In this document: piece by piece, positions 1-12,905 of the stretch
How the letters are laid out: every line of letters starts with the position of its first letter
Numbering within the stretch: position 1 is the first letter of the stretch
Assembly (NCBI RefSeq): GCF_009914755.1
Contig: NC_060943.1
DNA length: 64,000 nt
DNA from: the human T2T-CHM13v2.0 reference genome, Homo sapiens
Direction: 5' to 3' (one strand)
The notes under the pieces: model-generated
What the model was told of the DNA's origin: nothing
The model's database searches: none
What the model saw: only the letters and a program-made list of their open reading frames with translations
Translations under genes and position numbers: made by a program

Positions 1-75
1 CCTGCCGAGGGAGACTTGGAAAGAGGGAAGCCAGGGTGGAGGAGTTCTGACAGAGAGAGGGATCTAAACAGAGAC

Positions 76-325
76 ATGCCGAGAGCAACCTGGGCTAACA
101 GCAAAGAGAGAAGTTGGGCAGAGTCAGAGAGGGGCCCAAGAGACACAGGAAATGGGGGCTCAAAAGCGGAAAGACATATCCAGGAGATAGAGACTGGACG
201 GGGTGGGGACAGGGCCAAGGCCCACCGCAGGCAGAGGATGAGGCTCAGAGGAACAGAAAGAGCCAGTCTGGGACCAGGACGGAGGCTTGGAGACAGCAGG
301 GGCACGGACATGCCAGGGGCCCGGG
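76..325 (+). CDS. ZNF574: Candidate alternative upstream coding exon of ZNF574 (83 codons + 1 nt; N-terminal extension)
   Basis: ATG at 76, open frame (MPRATWANSK...MPGAR) ending at consensus donor GG|GTAAGT (GT 326-327) in phase 1, which matches the phase-1 acceptor at 9956 and gives a 986-aa protein. Confidence 0.6.
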
Positions 326-604
326 GTAAGTGAGAGCCCAAGTAAGAGCAATCAGCCCCGTAGGACCCCAGAAAGCTAGAGGGCCAGGGGCGGCAGTGAG
401 CTATGTACCCAGAAGAAGAGGTGAGAAGAGGTCGAGGTGAATGGACGCTGAGGAGATGGAGGGCGCAGAGCAGGCCCCTAGTGGGGGAGGGTACTTGCCA
501 GTCCGGAGAACGGGGAGAATGTGGTGCCCCCCTGCCAGGCGGCACCAGAGCCCAGCCTTCCAGGACCCAGAACCCAGCCCAATCCCTGCCCTGCAGACAC
601 TCAC

Positions 605-1570
605 GGATCCTGGTGGGACGGAGGGCTGGGCTCCCTCGAGGCCCGAAGACCGACAGCGGGAGGTGCTCTGGCGCTGGGTGGTGGTGGGGCTGGGCGGGGG
701 GAGAGGGCAGTCCACAGGGCCCCCTCCCCCGCCGCCGGTGGTGGCTCCCAACTAATCCAAAACGGTGGCTCCACAGGAGCAGGGAGGAAGGACAGGTGGA
801 AGAGGAGAGGGCGGGCCGGGGAGGGGAGGAAGGGGAAAGGAGAAAATGGAGGAGAGAAGGGGAGAGAGGAGAGGGGGAAGGAGCAAATGGAGGGGAAGGA
901 GGGAGGAAAGGAGGAGAGGAAGGTGAAAACGGAAGGGGGGGGCACAGGCAAAGCCGGGGGAGGGGGAAGCTGGCCCAGGAAAGGGCCCCCGCCCCCTCCC
1001 CTAGCCGGGCCGGCCTGGGGGGGCCACAGGGGGCGAGGACTGGGTGGAGAAAAGGAAGCCGGCCATCAGGAGAAGTGGGGGAGGGGAGGGCCTGCTGGGG
1101 GAGGGGGCCGCCCCCTTTCCCCCTCCCCCCTGGAGCCTGGGCCCTGCCCTGGTTGAGGCAAGGGCCCGGAGTCCTCAAGCCCTCAGCCCCCACGGGAAAA
1201 GCATGCTGGGGGCGGGGAGAGCCCGGGAGTGGAGAGCTGGGGAGGATGGAGAGCTGGGAGACCCGGAGAGGCCAAGAAGGGGGCAAATGAGGTGGAGAGA
1301 TAGGGAGGAGGGAGAGGAGGATGGAGAGGAGCAGGTGGAAGAGAAAGGCGGAGGAGGGTGGGGTGTCCCAGGGGCTCCCGGTGCTGGGCCTCAGTGGGAG
1401 GGCCTGGCGACACACTCCTGGTCCCCTGTGAGGAGCCGGCTCCAGTCCCCGGCTCCAGTCCCCGGCTGGGCCTGCCTCCCTGCCGCTGGCTGCCGCCACC
1501 GCTCAGTCTCCCCTCCGAGGCCGCCGCCTGCCTGCCCGCCTGCCGCCTGCGCTGGGTCCTGGAGCGCAGT
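605..1570 (-). other. GRIK5: Probable non-coding exon 1 (5'UTR) of GRIK5, kainate receptor subunit GluK5
   Basis: Minus-strand donor CC|GTGAGT at 605/604 and a GC-rich TSS-like region at ~1500-1570. Gene identity comes from recalled gene order GRIK5-ZNF574-POU2F2; no GRIK5 coding sequence is in the window. Confidence 0.6.
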
Positions 1571-1760
1571 GGGGTGGTTCAGGAGAGAGAGAAGAGGGAG
1601 GGAGGGAGGCAGGGAGGAGGGCGGGCAGGAGGAAGGGAGGGAGGCAGGCAAAGAGAGAGTAGGGAGGTGAGTCGGGGGAGGGGGAGCCTGTATTGGTTGG
1701 GGCTGGGGGCCCCCCGCGAGGAGAATGCTGATGAGAAGAAGGAGCTGCATTGGATGGAAG
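1430..1760. promoter_or_regulatory. GC-rich promoter region of GRIK5, likely bidirectional
   Basis: CpG cluster 1430-1570, ATTGG at 1692 and 1749 (CCAAT on minus), purine-rich GGGA tracts, plus-strand donor GAG|GTGAGT at 1666/1667. Confidence 0.5.
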
Positions 1761-3086
1761 GCCCACCCCCGAGCCACCCCCTCTACCACACCATGCCACC
1801 GCCCTGCCCAGGCAGCCCTGGGCACAGGAGCCCACAGAGATGAGAGGCAAGAAGACCCAGGGAGAAGGCCACTGAGATGAGGGGAGAGGGCTACAGAGAT
1901 GAAGAGAAATGAAGAGAAGAGAGACAGCCGTCAAGACTGTCCAGAGAAGTGGGCTGAGGCCCACAAACCCCACAAGGACAAGGACAGGAAAAGCCCAGGG
2001 ATAAGAAAGAAAGGCCCATGGAGACAAGGGAGCAGCCTACAGAGACAAGCAAAAGGACCTCGGAGACAAGGGGCAGTAATGTGGACATAGAGACCTCCCG
2101 CGAAGGAAAACGGGAGAAGCCAGAGACACAAGAGAGAGGCCCCTGGAAACAGAAAGCACTCCTCAGATATGGGGAGCGGTCCACAGGGCAGGGAGAGAGC
2201 CAAGGAGAGCCGAAGAAGGTCACAGAAACAAGGGAGGCCTACAGACACCAGGGTACCAAAAAGACAAGGATGTGGCTCATAGACACAAGAGAGCCACTGA
2301 GGCAGGAGCTGCCAGCCTGGAGATGCGGGGCAAGCCTCCCCCAATATAAATAGCTCCTATAGAGGTGAGGGGATGGGTGGTGAGTATGAGAATTCCCTAT
2401 AGTGCACAGAGAAATCCTTGGGACCCACAGAGATGAGTGGGTGGAGAGAAGGGGCCCTCATTCTCTAGTCACAGGAGCAGAGAGGCAGTGGGAAAGGTGG
2501 ATGGGACAAGGAGAGGAAGCTGGAGGGCAGAGCCAGAAGTGGGAGACTCCTTCCCAGGGAACACCCTGCAGCCTCTCAGAAGGAGCTGAGCAGGACAGGG
2601 GGATGGAAGAGAGAAGCGACACAGATCTTGGAGTGGGGGTGGGTGGTGCATGGCTGGGTGGGGGGTGAAATTTGGGGGGAAGAAACATGACAGTTGGCGC
2701 CGAAGGCTGAGCCCGTGACTCACCACCACCCCCGATGCTCGTGATGGGGAGGAGACACTGACACACTCACGTGCGGCCCACAGCATATGTGACCGCATGC
2801 CTCGAACACACAGCTGGCACATGGCAACTCCTGGACCACATGCCAGCCCAGCACAGGAAGCCCTCTGCAAGCTGGCATGTGGGGCATCCTGGACACACAT
2901 CTGACACATATATCTGACGCTGAAGGACCACCAACTTTGCACACACCTCCTTACCCCACTTGGTCAACATCTACACCGCCCCCTCAAACATCCACACTTA
3001 ACTCCAGTCAGGCCTAAAAGCCCAGATTCACACCTGCCTCTGGGACTTTGCTTATGAAGGACCTCAACACAGAACACCATCCTTTC

Positions 3087-4230
<1,144 letters not shown>

Positions 4231-4499
4231 GATCCTCAGATTTTCAAGTGGGGAAAAGGAGGTTTCAGCAGAAGCAAGAATCTGCCCAAGGTCACACAGC
4301 CTGTCAAAAACTGAGCATGGCTTCCACTTCTCTGTCACCTACCCCAGGTGATTTTGCCCTAAGGGCAAACCCAGACTGCTTCAGAGCAGGCCGAGCCTAG
4401 CTTTAGCTCACTAATTTCCACCAACTCTTTCCTCCACTTCTTGCATTCAACCCTTCAACATGCAACCACTTGAACTTCCTGCCTGGCAGGCAGGTGAGC

Positions 4500-4735
4500 C
4501 TGGGGGCCAAGAATGTAGACTGTAAGGTCAACTCCTGGGTTGGAATCCTGACTCTTCCTAACTATGGGAACTACGACTAGTTACTTCTCTGGGGCCTCGA
4601 TGTTTTGTAGAGTCAGCATGACAGTTTCTCTCTCATAGGGTTGTTGAGAGGATTAAACTGAGTAATGCATGTAAGCATTGAGCATAATACCTAGCACGTC
4701 ATAATACACTCAAGAGATGTTAGTTATTATTATTA
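4500..4735 (+). mobile_element. MIR SINE
   Basis: MIR core TCATAGGGTTGTTGAGAGGATTAAA...AATGCATGTAA and TATTATTATT tail. Confidence 0.75.
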
Positions 4736-4767
4736 GGCTCCCGGAGATACTAATAAAAATAACAACT

Positions 4768-5889
<1,122 letters not shown>

Positions 5890-6186
5890 CTAGATGTCTT
5901 TTACTCTCTGCCTCACATGAGATGAAATGGGGCTCACATGAAATGGGGCTGTTATTAGCCCCATTTCACAGATTAGAAACTTAGGCTCAGGACAGTTGAC
6001 TTGCCCTAGAACCAGGATTCCAATCCGGGAATCTGTTTTAACTATACATGCCTGGTGTTAGGGAATTTAATCCATGAGAAGGTTAGGACATCTAGTGACC
6101 AAATGGCCATAGAATTGGCCCCGGGTCTCACTGTGAGACGCATCCCATAGTGGCTTCAGGTAAGTAAATAAATAACACAATTCTGA

Positions 6187-6551
<365 letters not shown>

Positions 6552-7139
6552 TGGAAACGTTTCTAACAGTACTGGGGCAACTCCCTCCCAAGGCCCTGAG
6601 GGGCGCAGGAACGAGGTGAGTAGGAATGGCCAGAGCCCCTTGGACACATGGGGCCCCAATCTCGAGGTGTAAGGGTCAGAGTCACCCCGGAAGGAGGTGG
6701 AGTGGAGTCCGCCCGTTACCGGCTCACTTCCTTCAGGCTCTCACCCCGATTGTCCTTCAGGTCCTCTACCCACCACACTCCCTATTTCTTCCAATGAAAT
6801 TGTCCCTGCTTCTTTTTCTCCATATCCTCGCTCTCCTTGCTTCCCCTATGACATTTCTCCTCTCTCCACCTCCCAAAAGTCCCCTCGGTCTTTTCTCTGT
6901 TTCTTCCTGTTGCCTTCATTCCCCTCCTTTTAATAAAGTGAGTCTGGAACCTTGGTTTCCCTTTTCTCTCTCCATGTGACTGGTGCTGCATGCAGTTTGC
7001 CCTCTCCCCATCGCGCTAAGTGGTTTCACTTTCTCCCTCTGACCCTCGGGGAAACCACAAAGGTTCCCGTGCCTCCATTCCCCCGCTCCAGCCCTCAAGG
7101 TGCCGCGTGCCTCAATTTCCCAGGCTCTTTTCCTCCCTC

Positions 7140-7930
7140 TCCCTGTCCCCAACGCTGACTCCCTCACGGCGTCCCCAAAATGGCGCCCGCGGCCGCGCTC
7201 CGCCGCCTAACGTCATCGCGCCGCCCTCCGCTCAGAGTTCCCCTCTGGAGCCGTCGGAGGCGGAGTCGAGGAGGAGGAGGAGCATCCTCTAAGGAGGATT
7301 AAAGGGGCGGGCACTATCCACCCGAGGGCTGACCGGTGAGGGAACGACGCTAAAGGATTGGTTGGGCGCTGCGGGGAATCTCGACGCTCCTCACTATTGG
7401 CCCAAGCCTCAGAGACATGAACGTCGATTGGCCGAACGGCAGGGCCCGAGCGGGCAATGATTGGTTGCGTCCGGCCGTCCGTGCGGCGGCCGAGGAGGAA
7501 GGTGGGAGGGGCGTTGCTGAGGGTAGCTGGGGGCGAGAGCGAGGCTACGGAGCAGGCGAGAGGCGACGGCGAGAGCTAGAGCGGGCGCAGCGTTAGGGTG
7601 GCCGTGCAAGGGGAGCCGTGGCCCGGGCCCGGGGCGTGCGAGACGGCGGAAGCAGGTGAGCGCGAGCGGGCGCGCAGAGGCCGGCCGGGCTGCGCTCCCT
7701 GCCGCCGCGGCCTCCTCTTGCCAGGTCGCCTGCGCACTGAGGGCCTGAGGGGGTGCGCGCCGGGCAGTTAGGGCGGAGCGGCACCAACGGCCGACCCGGC
7801 GCGCGGGCAGCCGGGCGGGGGCCGGGCTGGAGCGGCGGGTGGGGAAGGGGCCTGGAGTCGCGTGCGGGGCTGAGTGAGGAGGGGCGGGGCTCGGGCTGAG
7901 GCTTTGGTGGGGCACCTGGGCGGGAAGGGG
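7140..7930 (+). promoter_or_regulatory. ZNF574: CpG-island promoter of ZNF574
   Basis: Very CpG-dense; YY1 motif CAAAATGGCG 7176-7185, CRE-like TAACGTCA 7208, GC box 7304, four inverted CCAAT boxes (ATTGG at 7357, 7396, 7427, 7460); no TATA box. Confidence 0.85.
7500..7655 (+). other. ZNF574: ZNF574 non-coding exon 1 (start approximate)
   Basis: Downstream of the CCAAT boxes; ends at consensus donor CAG|GTGAGC (GT 7656-7657). Confidence 0.75.
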
Positions 7931-8159
7931 AGGCCTCAGAGCTGTCCCAAGAGGGCTCCGCGGCTCCCCAGGGTTTGGGGTAAAGGACTTGGTGGTGTGG
8001 CAAGTCCAGGACGAAGGGGCTGGGCCGGTTAGACGGCACGTGGGTGCCCAGTTAGGGGCTTAGGGCGTGAGAAAGATAATTAAGTTAATGCAGGGGAAAA
8101 ATATCTAGTTCTTCCTGGAAAGAATTGGGGCGGTGAGAGGGGTTTTGGTGTGAAGACAT

Positions 8160-9230
8160 TGGGAAATCGATATCCCCAAGGGAACGGTTTAGAGCTAAGG
8201 AGGGGTCCAGTTGTAATGGATGGGGTTAAATTAATGTGAAGAGGCCTTAAACCAATGTGTCAGGAGGTTGGGTACCCTTGGAATGCGTGGAAAGGAGTCT
8301 TTGTACAAAGAAGGATTAAGTGTATTTTAAAAGGGTGTCTGGGTGTCCCTAGAATGAGCTGGGGAAGGTAGTCTTTTTTAAGTACAGGTAATTAGGCCAA
8401 GGTGAAGATGGGATTTGGTTATTGGAAGGGGAGGAAGTAGGGTGGGAGAGATCTGTGTGCTAAAGTGAGGGGTGCCTGGGAATTCCTGGAATGAGACTGA
8501 GAGGTTGCTAAGACGCTGGGGGGTCTGAGTACCCCCAGAATAGGAGGCTGGTGAGAGGGGCTTGAGTGTGAGGAAGAGGGGTCTGTGCTGGATTAAGGTG
8601 GTGATGGAGGTTCTGTATGAGAATAGGAGGTCCGGGTATCCCTAAAGGGGGTTTGGGCAGCACGAGGGGTGTGTGTAAAAGGAGCTTAAGCCATTGTGAA
8701 AGATGGGTGTGTGGATCTTTACACAAAGAAGAGGAGTTATGTTGCTACGAAGAGGAGGGTCTGAGCATCCCTAGAATGGGTTAGGGTGGGTTGGGTCTTC
8801 TAGCAAATTAAAAAAGATTAGGTTAATAATGTGGAGGAGGATCTGGATATTCCTGAGATGGATTTGAGGGGGGGCTCTGTTTGCAAGAGAGGCATAGGTT
8901 GATATAAAATGAGGGTATGGGCATCCCTGAATGAGTGGCTGTGTATGAACAGGAAGGGTTTAAATCAATGGGAAGAGGGGATCTGGGTATCTCAGAGGGG
9001 ATTAGAATTGTCGATTTGGTCTTGGTACAAAGAAGAGGTGATGAATGTAAAGAGTGGATAGATACCCTGGAGACAGGAGCTAGGGTGGTGGAAGGGCCTA
9101 GGTCCGAAGCGGGGAGGAGTAGGCTTTTGTGAAAATGGGTCTGGGTATTCTGGATAGGGGGTTAGGGTTGTAGGAGAGGGCCTTGATTTGTAGAGGAGGT
9201 TAAGTAATTAAACAGGGCTGCGTATCATGA
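8160..9230 (+). repeat. Highly degenerate ~65-85 bp tandem array in ZNF574 intron 1
   Basis: Recurrent motif resembling GG(A/G)TCTGGGTATCCCTAGAATG at ~8268, 8336, 8521, 8630, 8758, 8839, 8913, 8978, 9056, 9138. Confidence 0.55.
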
Positions 9231-9975
9231 AGTGGTTAAGGTGGGCAAAGTCTGGGTGTGGAGATGGGTTAGGCCAGTGTGAGAAAATTTGACTGGGGGG
9301 AAGGGATATAGTTTGACGTGAGGAATCTGGGCACCTGAGGAAGAGTTGGTGGGTAGCAGGGGTTGCGTGTAAAGGGGAGGGGTGGCACCTTGTACAGTGC
9401 TGAAAGTGGAGTGGTGGGGCATTGGGCAGTTTGAGTGGTCTGAGTGTAAAAAGAAGTCTGAGAACCTGGGAGAAGGAGCAGAGGCCATGGGAGGGGTGTG
9501 GCTGGGAGAAACAGGTGGGGAAGGCCTATATGGGGTTTCAGTTGGGTACCTTGGAGAGGAATGGGGTGAGGTGAGTTGGTAAGAAAAGGAGTCAGTGGAA
9601 GGAGGTCTGAGTGGAGGTTCCCATGTGCTGGGCGGAACTGTGGGGCCCACTGTGAGGTGTGGGAGATGAGGGGACTGGACAGGTTACAAGGATCTGGTGG
9701 GTGGAGTTTGATGCAAGTTGATACAGAGGTGAGACTGTGGGTAAATTCCTGGGGAAGGGACTGCCTGGGAGATTTGTGTTTGGTGTTTGTTATGCTGAGG
9801 GGAGGAAGGATTATTGGGAGGGAGGCAGAATTTTAAAAATCGAAGGAAGAACTTAAGGGGGTGTAGATCTAAGGTATTAGGAGTGGAGAGTGATGAAGGG
9901 AAGAGCTGAGGAATCGGTGACCTAACTGGTTTGTCCCCACTGTCTCCTCTTCCAGCCCAGGGCCTTGCTGCCGCC

Positions 9976-12666
9976 ATGACTGAGGAATCAGAGGAGACAG
10001 TCCTGTACATTGAGCACCGCTATGTCTGCTCTGAGTGCAACCAGCTGTATGGATCACTGGAAGAGGTGCTTATGCACCAAAACTCCCACGTGCCCCAGCA
10101 GCACTTTGAGCTGGTGGGCGTGGCTGATCCCGGAGTCACTGTGGCCACAGACACAGCTTCAGGCACGGGCCTCTATCAGACCCTTGTGCAGGAGAGCCAG
10201 TACCAGTGCCTGGAGTGTGGTCAACTGCTGATGTCACCCAGCCAGCTCCTGGAGCACCAGGAGCTGCACCTGAAGATGATGGCACCCCAGGAGGCAGTGC
10301 CAGCTGAGCCATCACCTAAGGCACCACCCCTGAGCTCCAGCACCATCCACTACGAGTGTGTGGATTGCAAGGCTCTCTTTGCCAGCCAGGAGCTCTGGCT
10401 GAACCACCGGCAGACGCACCTCCGGGCCACACCCACCAAGGCTCCTGCCCCTGTTGTCCTGGGGTCCCCAGTTGTTCTAGGGCCTCCTGTGGGCCAGGCC
10501 CGAGTGGCTGTGGAGCACTCATACCGAAAGGCAGAAGAGGGTGGGGAAGGGGCGACTGTCCCATCTGCCGCTGCCACCACCACTGAGGTAGTGACTGAGG
10601 TGGAGCTGCTCCTCTACAAGTGCTCTGAGTGCTCCCAGCTCTTCCAGCTGCCGGCGGATTTCCTGGAGCACCAGGCCACTCACTTCCCTGCTCCTGTACC
10701 CGAGTCTCAGGAGCCTGCCTTACAGCAGGAGGTGCAGGCCTCGTCACCTGCAGAGGTGCCTGTGTCTCAGCCTGACCCCTTGCCAGCTTCTGACCACAGT
10801 TACGAGCTGCGCAATGGTGAAGCCATTGGGCGGGATCGCCGGGGGCGCAGGGCCCGGAGGAACAACAGTGGAGAAGCAGGCGGGGCAGCCACACAGGAGC
10901 TCTTCTGCTCAGCCTGTGACCAGCTCTTTCTCTCACCCCACCAGCTACAGCAGCACCTGCGGAGTCACCGGGAGGGCGTCTTTAAGTGCCCCCTGTGCAG
11001 TCGTGTCTTCCCTAGCCCTTCCAGTCTGGACCAGCACCTTGGAGACCATAGCAGCGAGTCACACTTCCTGTGTGTAGACTGTGGCCTGGCCTTCGGCACA
11101 GAGGCCCTCCTCCTGGCCCACCGGCGAGCCCACACCCCGAATCCTCTGCATTCATGTCCATGTGGGAAGACCTTTGTCAACCTTACCAAGTTCCTTTATC
11201 ACCGGCGTACTCATGGGGTAGGGGGTGTCCCTCTGCCCACAACACCAGTCCCACCAGAGGAACCTGTCATTGGTTTCCCTGAGCCAGCCCCAGCAGAGAC
11301 TGGAGAGCCAGAGGCCCCTGAGCCCCCTGTGTCTGAGGAGACCTCAGCAGGGCCCGCTGCCCCAGGCACCTACCGCTGCCTCCTGTGCAGCCGTGAATTT
11401 GGAAAGGCCTTGCAGCTGACCCGGCACCAACGTTTTGTGCATCGGCTGGAGCGGCGCCATAAATGCAGCATTTGTGGCAAGATGTTCAAGAAGAAGTCTC
11501 ACGTGCGTAACCACCTGCGCACACACACAGGGGAGCGGCCCTTCCCCTGCCCTGACTGCTCCAAGCCCTTCAACTCACCTGCCAACCTGGCCCGCCACCG
11601 GCTCACACACACAGGAGAGCGGCCCTACCGGTGTGGGGACTGTGGCAAGGCTTTCACGCAAAGCTCCACACTGAGGCAGCACCGCTTGGTGCATGCCCAG
11701 CACTTCCCCTACCGCTGCCAGGAATGTGGGGTGCGTTTTCACCGTCCTTACCGCCTGCTCATGCACCGCTACCATCACACAGGTGAATACCCCTACAAGT
11801 GTCGCGAGTGCCCCCGCTCCTTCTTGCTGCGTCGGCTGCTGGAGGTGCACCAGCTCGTGGTCCATGCCGGGCGCCAGCCCCACCGCTGCCCATCCTGTGG
11901 GGCTGCCTTCCCCTCCTCACTGCGGCTCCGGGAGCACCGCTGTGCAGCCGCTGCTGCCCAGGCCCCACGGCGCTTTGAGTGTGGCACCTGTGGCAAGAAA
12001 GTGGGCTCAGCTGCTCGACTGCAGGCACACGAGGCGGCCCATGCAGCTGCTGGGCCTGGAGAGGTCCTGGCTAAGGAGCCCCCTGCCCCTCGAGCCCCAC
12101 GGGCCACTCGTGCACCAGTTGCCTCTCCAGCAGCCCTTGGAAGCACTGCTACAGCATCCCCTGCGGCCCCTGCCCGCCGCCGGGGTCTAGAGTGCAGCGA
12201 GTGCAAGAAGCTGTTCAGCACAGAGACGTCACTGCAGGTGCACCGGCGCATCCACACAGGTGAGCGGCCATACCCATGTCCAGACTGTGGCAAAGCGTTC
12301 CGTCAGAGTACCCACCTGAAAGACCACCGGCGCCTGCACACAGGTGAGCGGCCCTTTGCCTGTGAAGTGTGTGGCAAGGCCTTTGCCATCTCCATGCGCC
12401 TGGCAGAACATCGCCGCATCCACACAGGCGAACGACCCTACTCCTGCCCTGACTGTGGCAAGAGCTACCGCTCCTTCTCCAACCTCTGGAAGCACCGCAA
12501 GACCCATCAGCAGCAGCATCAGGCAGCTGTGCGGCAGCAGCTGGCAGAGGCGGAGGCTGCCGTTGGCCTGGCCGTCATGGAGACTGCTGTGGAGGCGCTA
12601 CCCCTGGTGGAAGCCATTGAGATCTACCCTCTGGCCGAGGCTGAGGGGGTCCAGATCAGTGGCTGA
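9976..12666 (+). CDS. ZNF574: Zinc finger protein 574 (896 aa, ~20 C2H2 fingers, no KRAB/SCAN/BTB); CDS in one exon
   Basis: Kozak GCCGCCATG at 9976; MTEESEETVLYIEHRYVCSEC...VQISG; many CxxC-x12-HxxxH fingers with TGERP linkers; branch point CTAAC 9922, pyrimidine tract and AG at 9954-9955. Confidence 0.96.
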   Translation: MTEESEETVLYIEHRYVCSECNQLYGSLEEVLMHQNSHVPQQHFELVGVADPGVTVATDTASGTGLYQTLVQESQYQCLECGQLLMSPSQLLEHQELHLKMMAPQEAVPAEPSPKAPPLSSSTIHYECVDCKALFASQELWLNHRQTHLRATPTKAPAPVVLGSPVVLGPPVGQARVAVEHSYRKAEEGGEGATVPSAAATTTEVVTEVELLLYKCSECSQLFQLPADFLEHQATHFPAPVPESQEPALQQEVQASSPAEVPVSQPDPLPASDHSYELRNGEAIGRDRRGRRARRNNSGEAGGAATQELFCSACDQLFLSPHQLQQHLRSHREGVFKCPLCSRVFPSPSSLDQHLGDHSSESHFLCVDCGLAFGTEALLLAHRRAHTPNPLHSCPCGKTFVNLTKFLYHRRTHGVGGVPLPTTPVPPEEPVIGFPEPAPAETGEPEAPEPPVSEETSAGPAAPGTYRCLLCSREFGKALQLTRHQRFVHRLERRHKCSICGKMFKKKSHVRNHLRTHTGERPFPCPDCSKPFNSPANLARHRLTHTGERPYRCGDCGKAFTQSSTLRQHRLVHAQHFPYRCQECGVRFHRPYRLLMHRYHHTGEYPYKCRECPRSFLLRRLLEVHQLVVHAGRQPHRCPSCGAAFPSSLRLREHRCAAAAAQAPRRFECGTCGKKVGSAARLQAHEAAHAAAGPGEVLAKEPPAPRAPRATRAPVASPAALGSTATASPAAPARRRGLECSECKKLFSTETSLQVHRRIHTGERPYPCPDCGKAFRQSTHLKDHRRLHTGERPFACEVCGKAFAISMRLAEHRRIHTGERPYSCPDCGKSYRSFSNLWKHRKTHQQQHQAAVRQQLAEAEAAVGLAVMETAVEALPLVEAIEIYPLAEAEGVQISG

Positions 12667-12899
12667 CTCTGCCCGACTTCCTCTTTGGCACCTCCATTCC
12701 CTGTTGCTGAAGGCCCTCCAGCATCCCCTTAAGCATCTGTACATACTGTGTCCCTTCCTCTTCCCATCCCCACCACCTTGTAAGTTCTAAATTGGATTTA
12801 TTCTCTCGTGAGGGGGGTGCTCTGGGGTCCTTGACACACATAAAGGTGCCCCCCCACCTTCCACCTCTTAGCACTGGTGACCCCAAAAATGAAACCATC

Positions 12900-12905
12900 A
12901 ATAAA
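12900..12905 (+). terminator. ZNF574: ZNF574 polyadenylation signal
   Basis: AATAAA ~235 nt after the stop codon, followed by GT-rich downstream element. Confidence 0.85.

Noticed and set aside
403-1290. 295-aa G/E/R-rich ORF and overlapping ORFs
   Set aside because: Low-complexity purine-rich sequence antisense to GRIK5 exon 1; several frames are open, as expected from composition
2018-2353. METREQ... ORF with a phase-1 GT at 2253 that could join ZNF574
   Set aside because: Donor G|GTACCA is weak and the sequence is AG-rich low complexity; no other support
9931-9975. 15-aa N-terminal extension in the 911-aa ORF call
   Set aside because: Begins at TTG inside the intron's pyrimidine tract; the real start is the Kozak ATG at 9976
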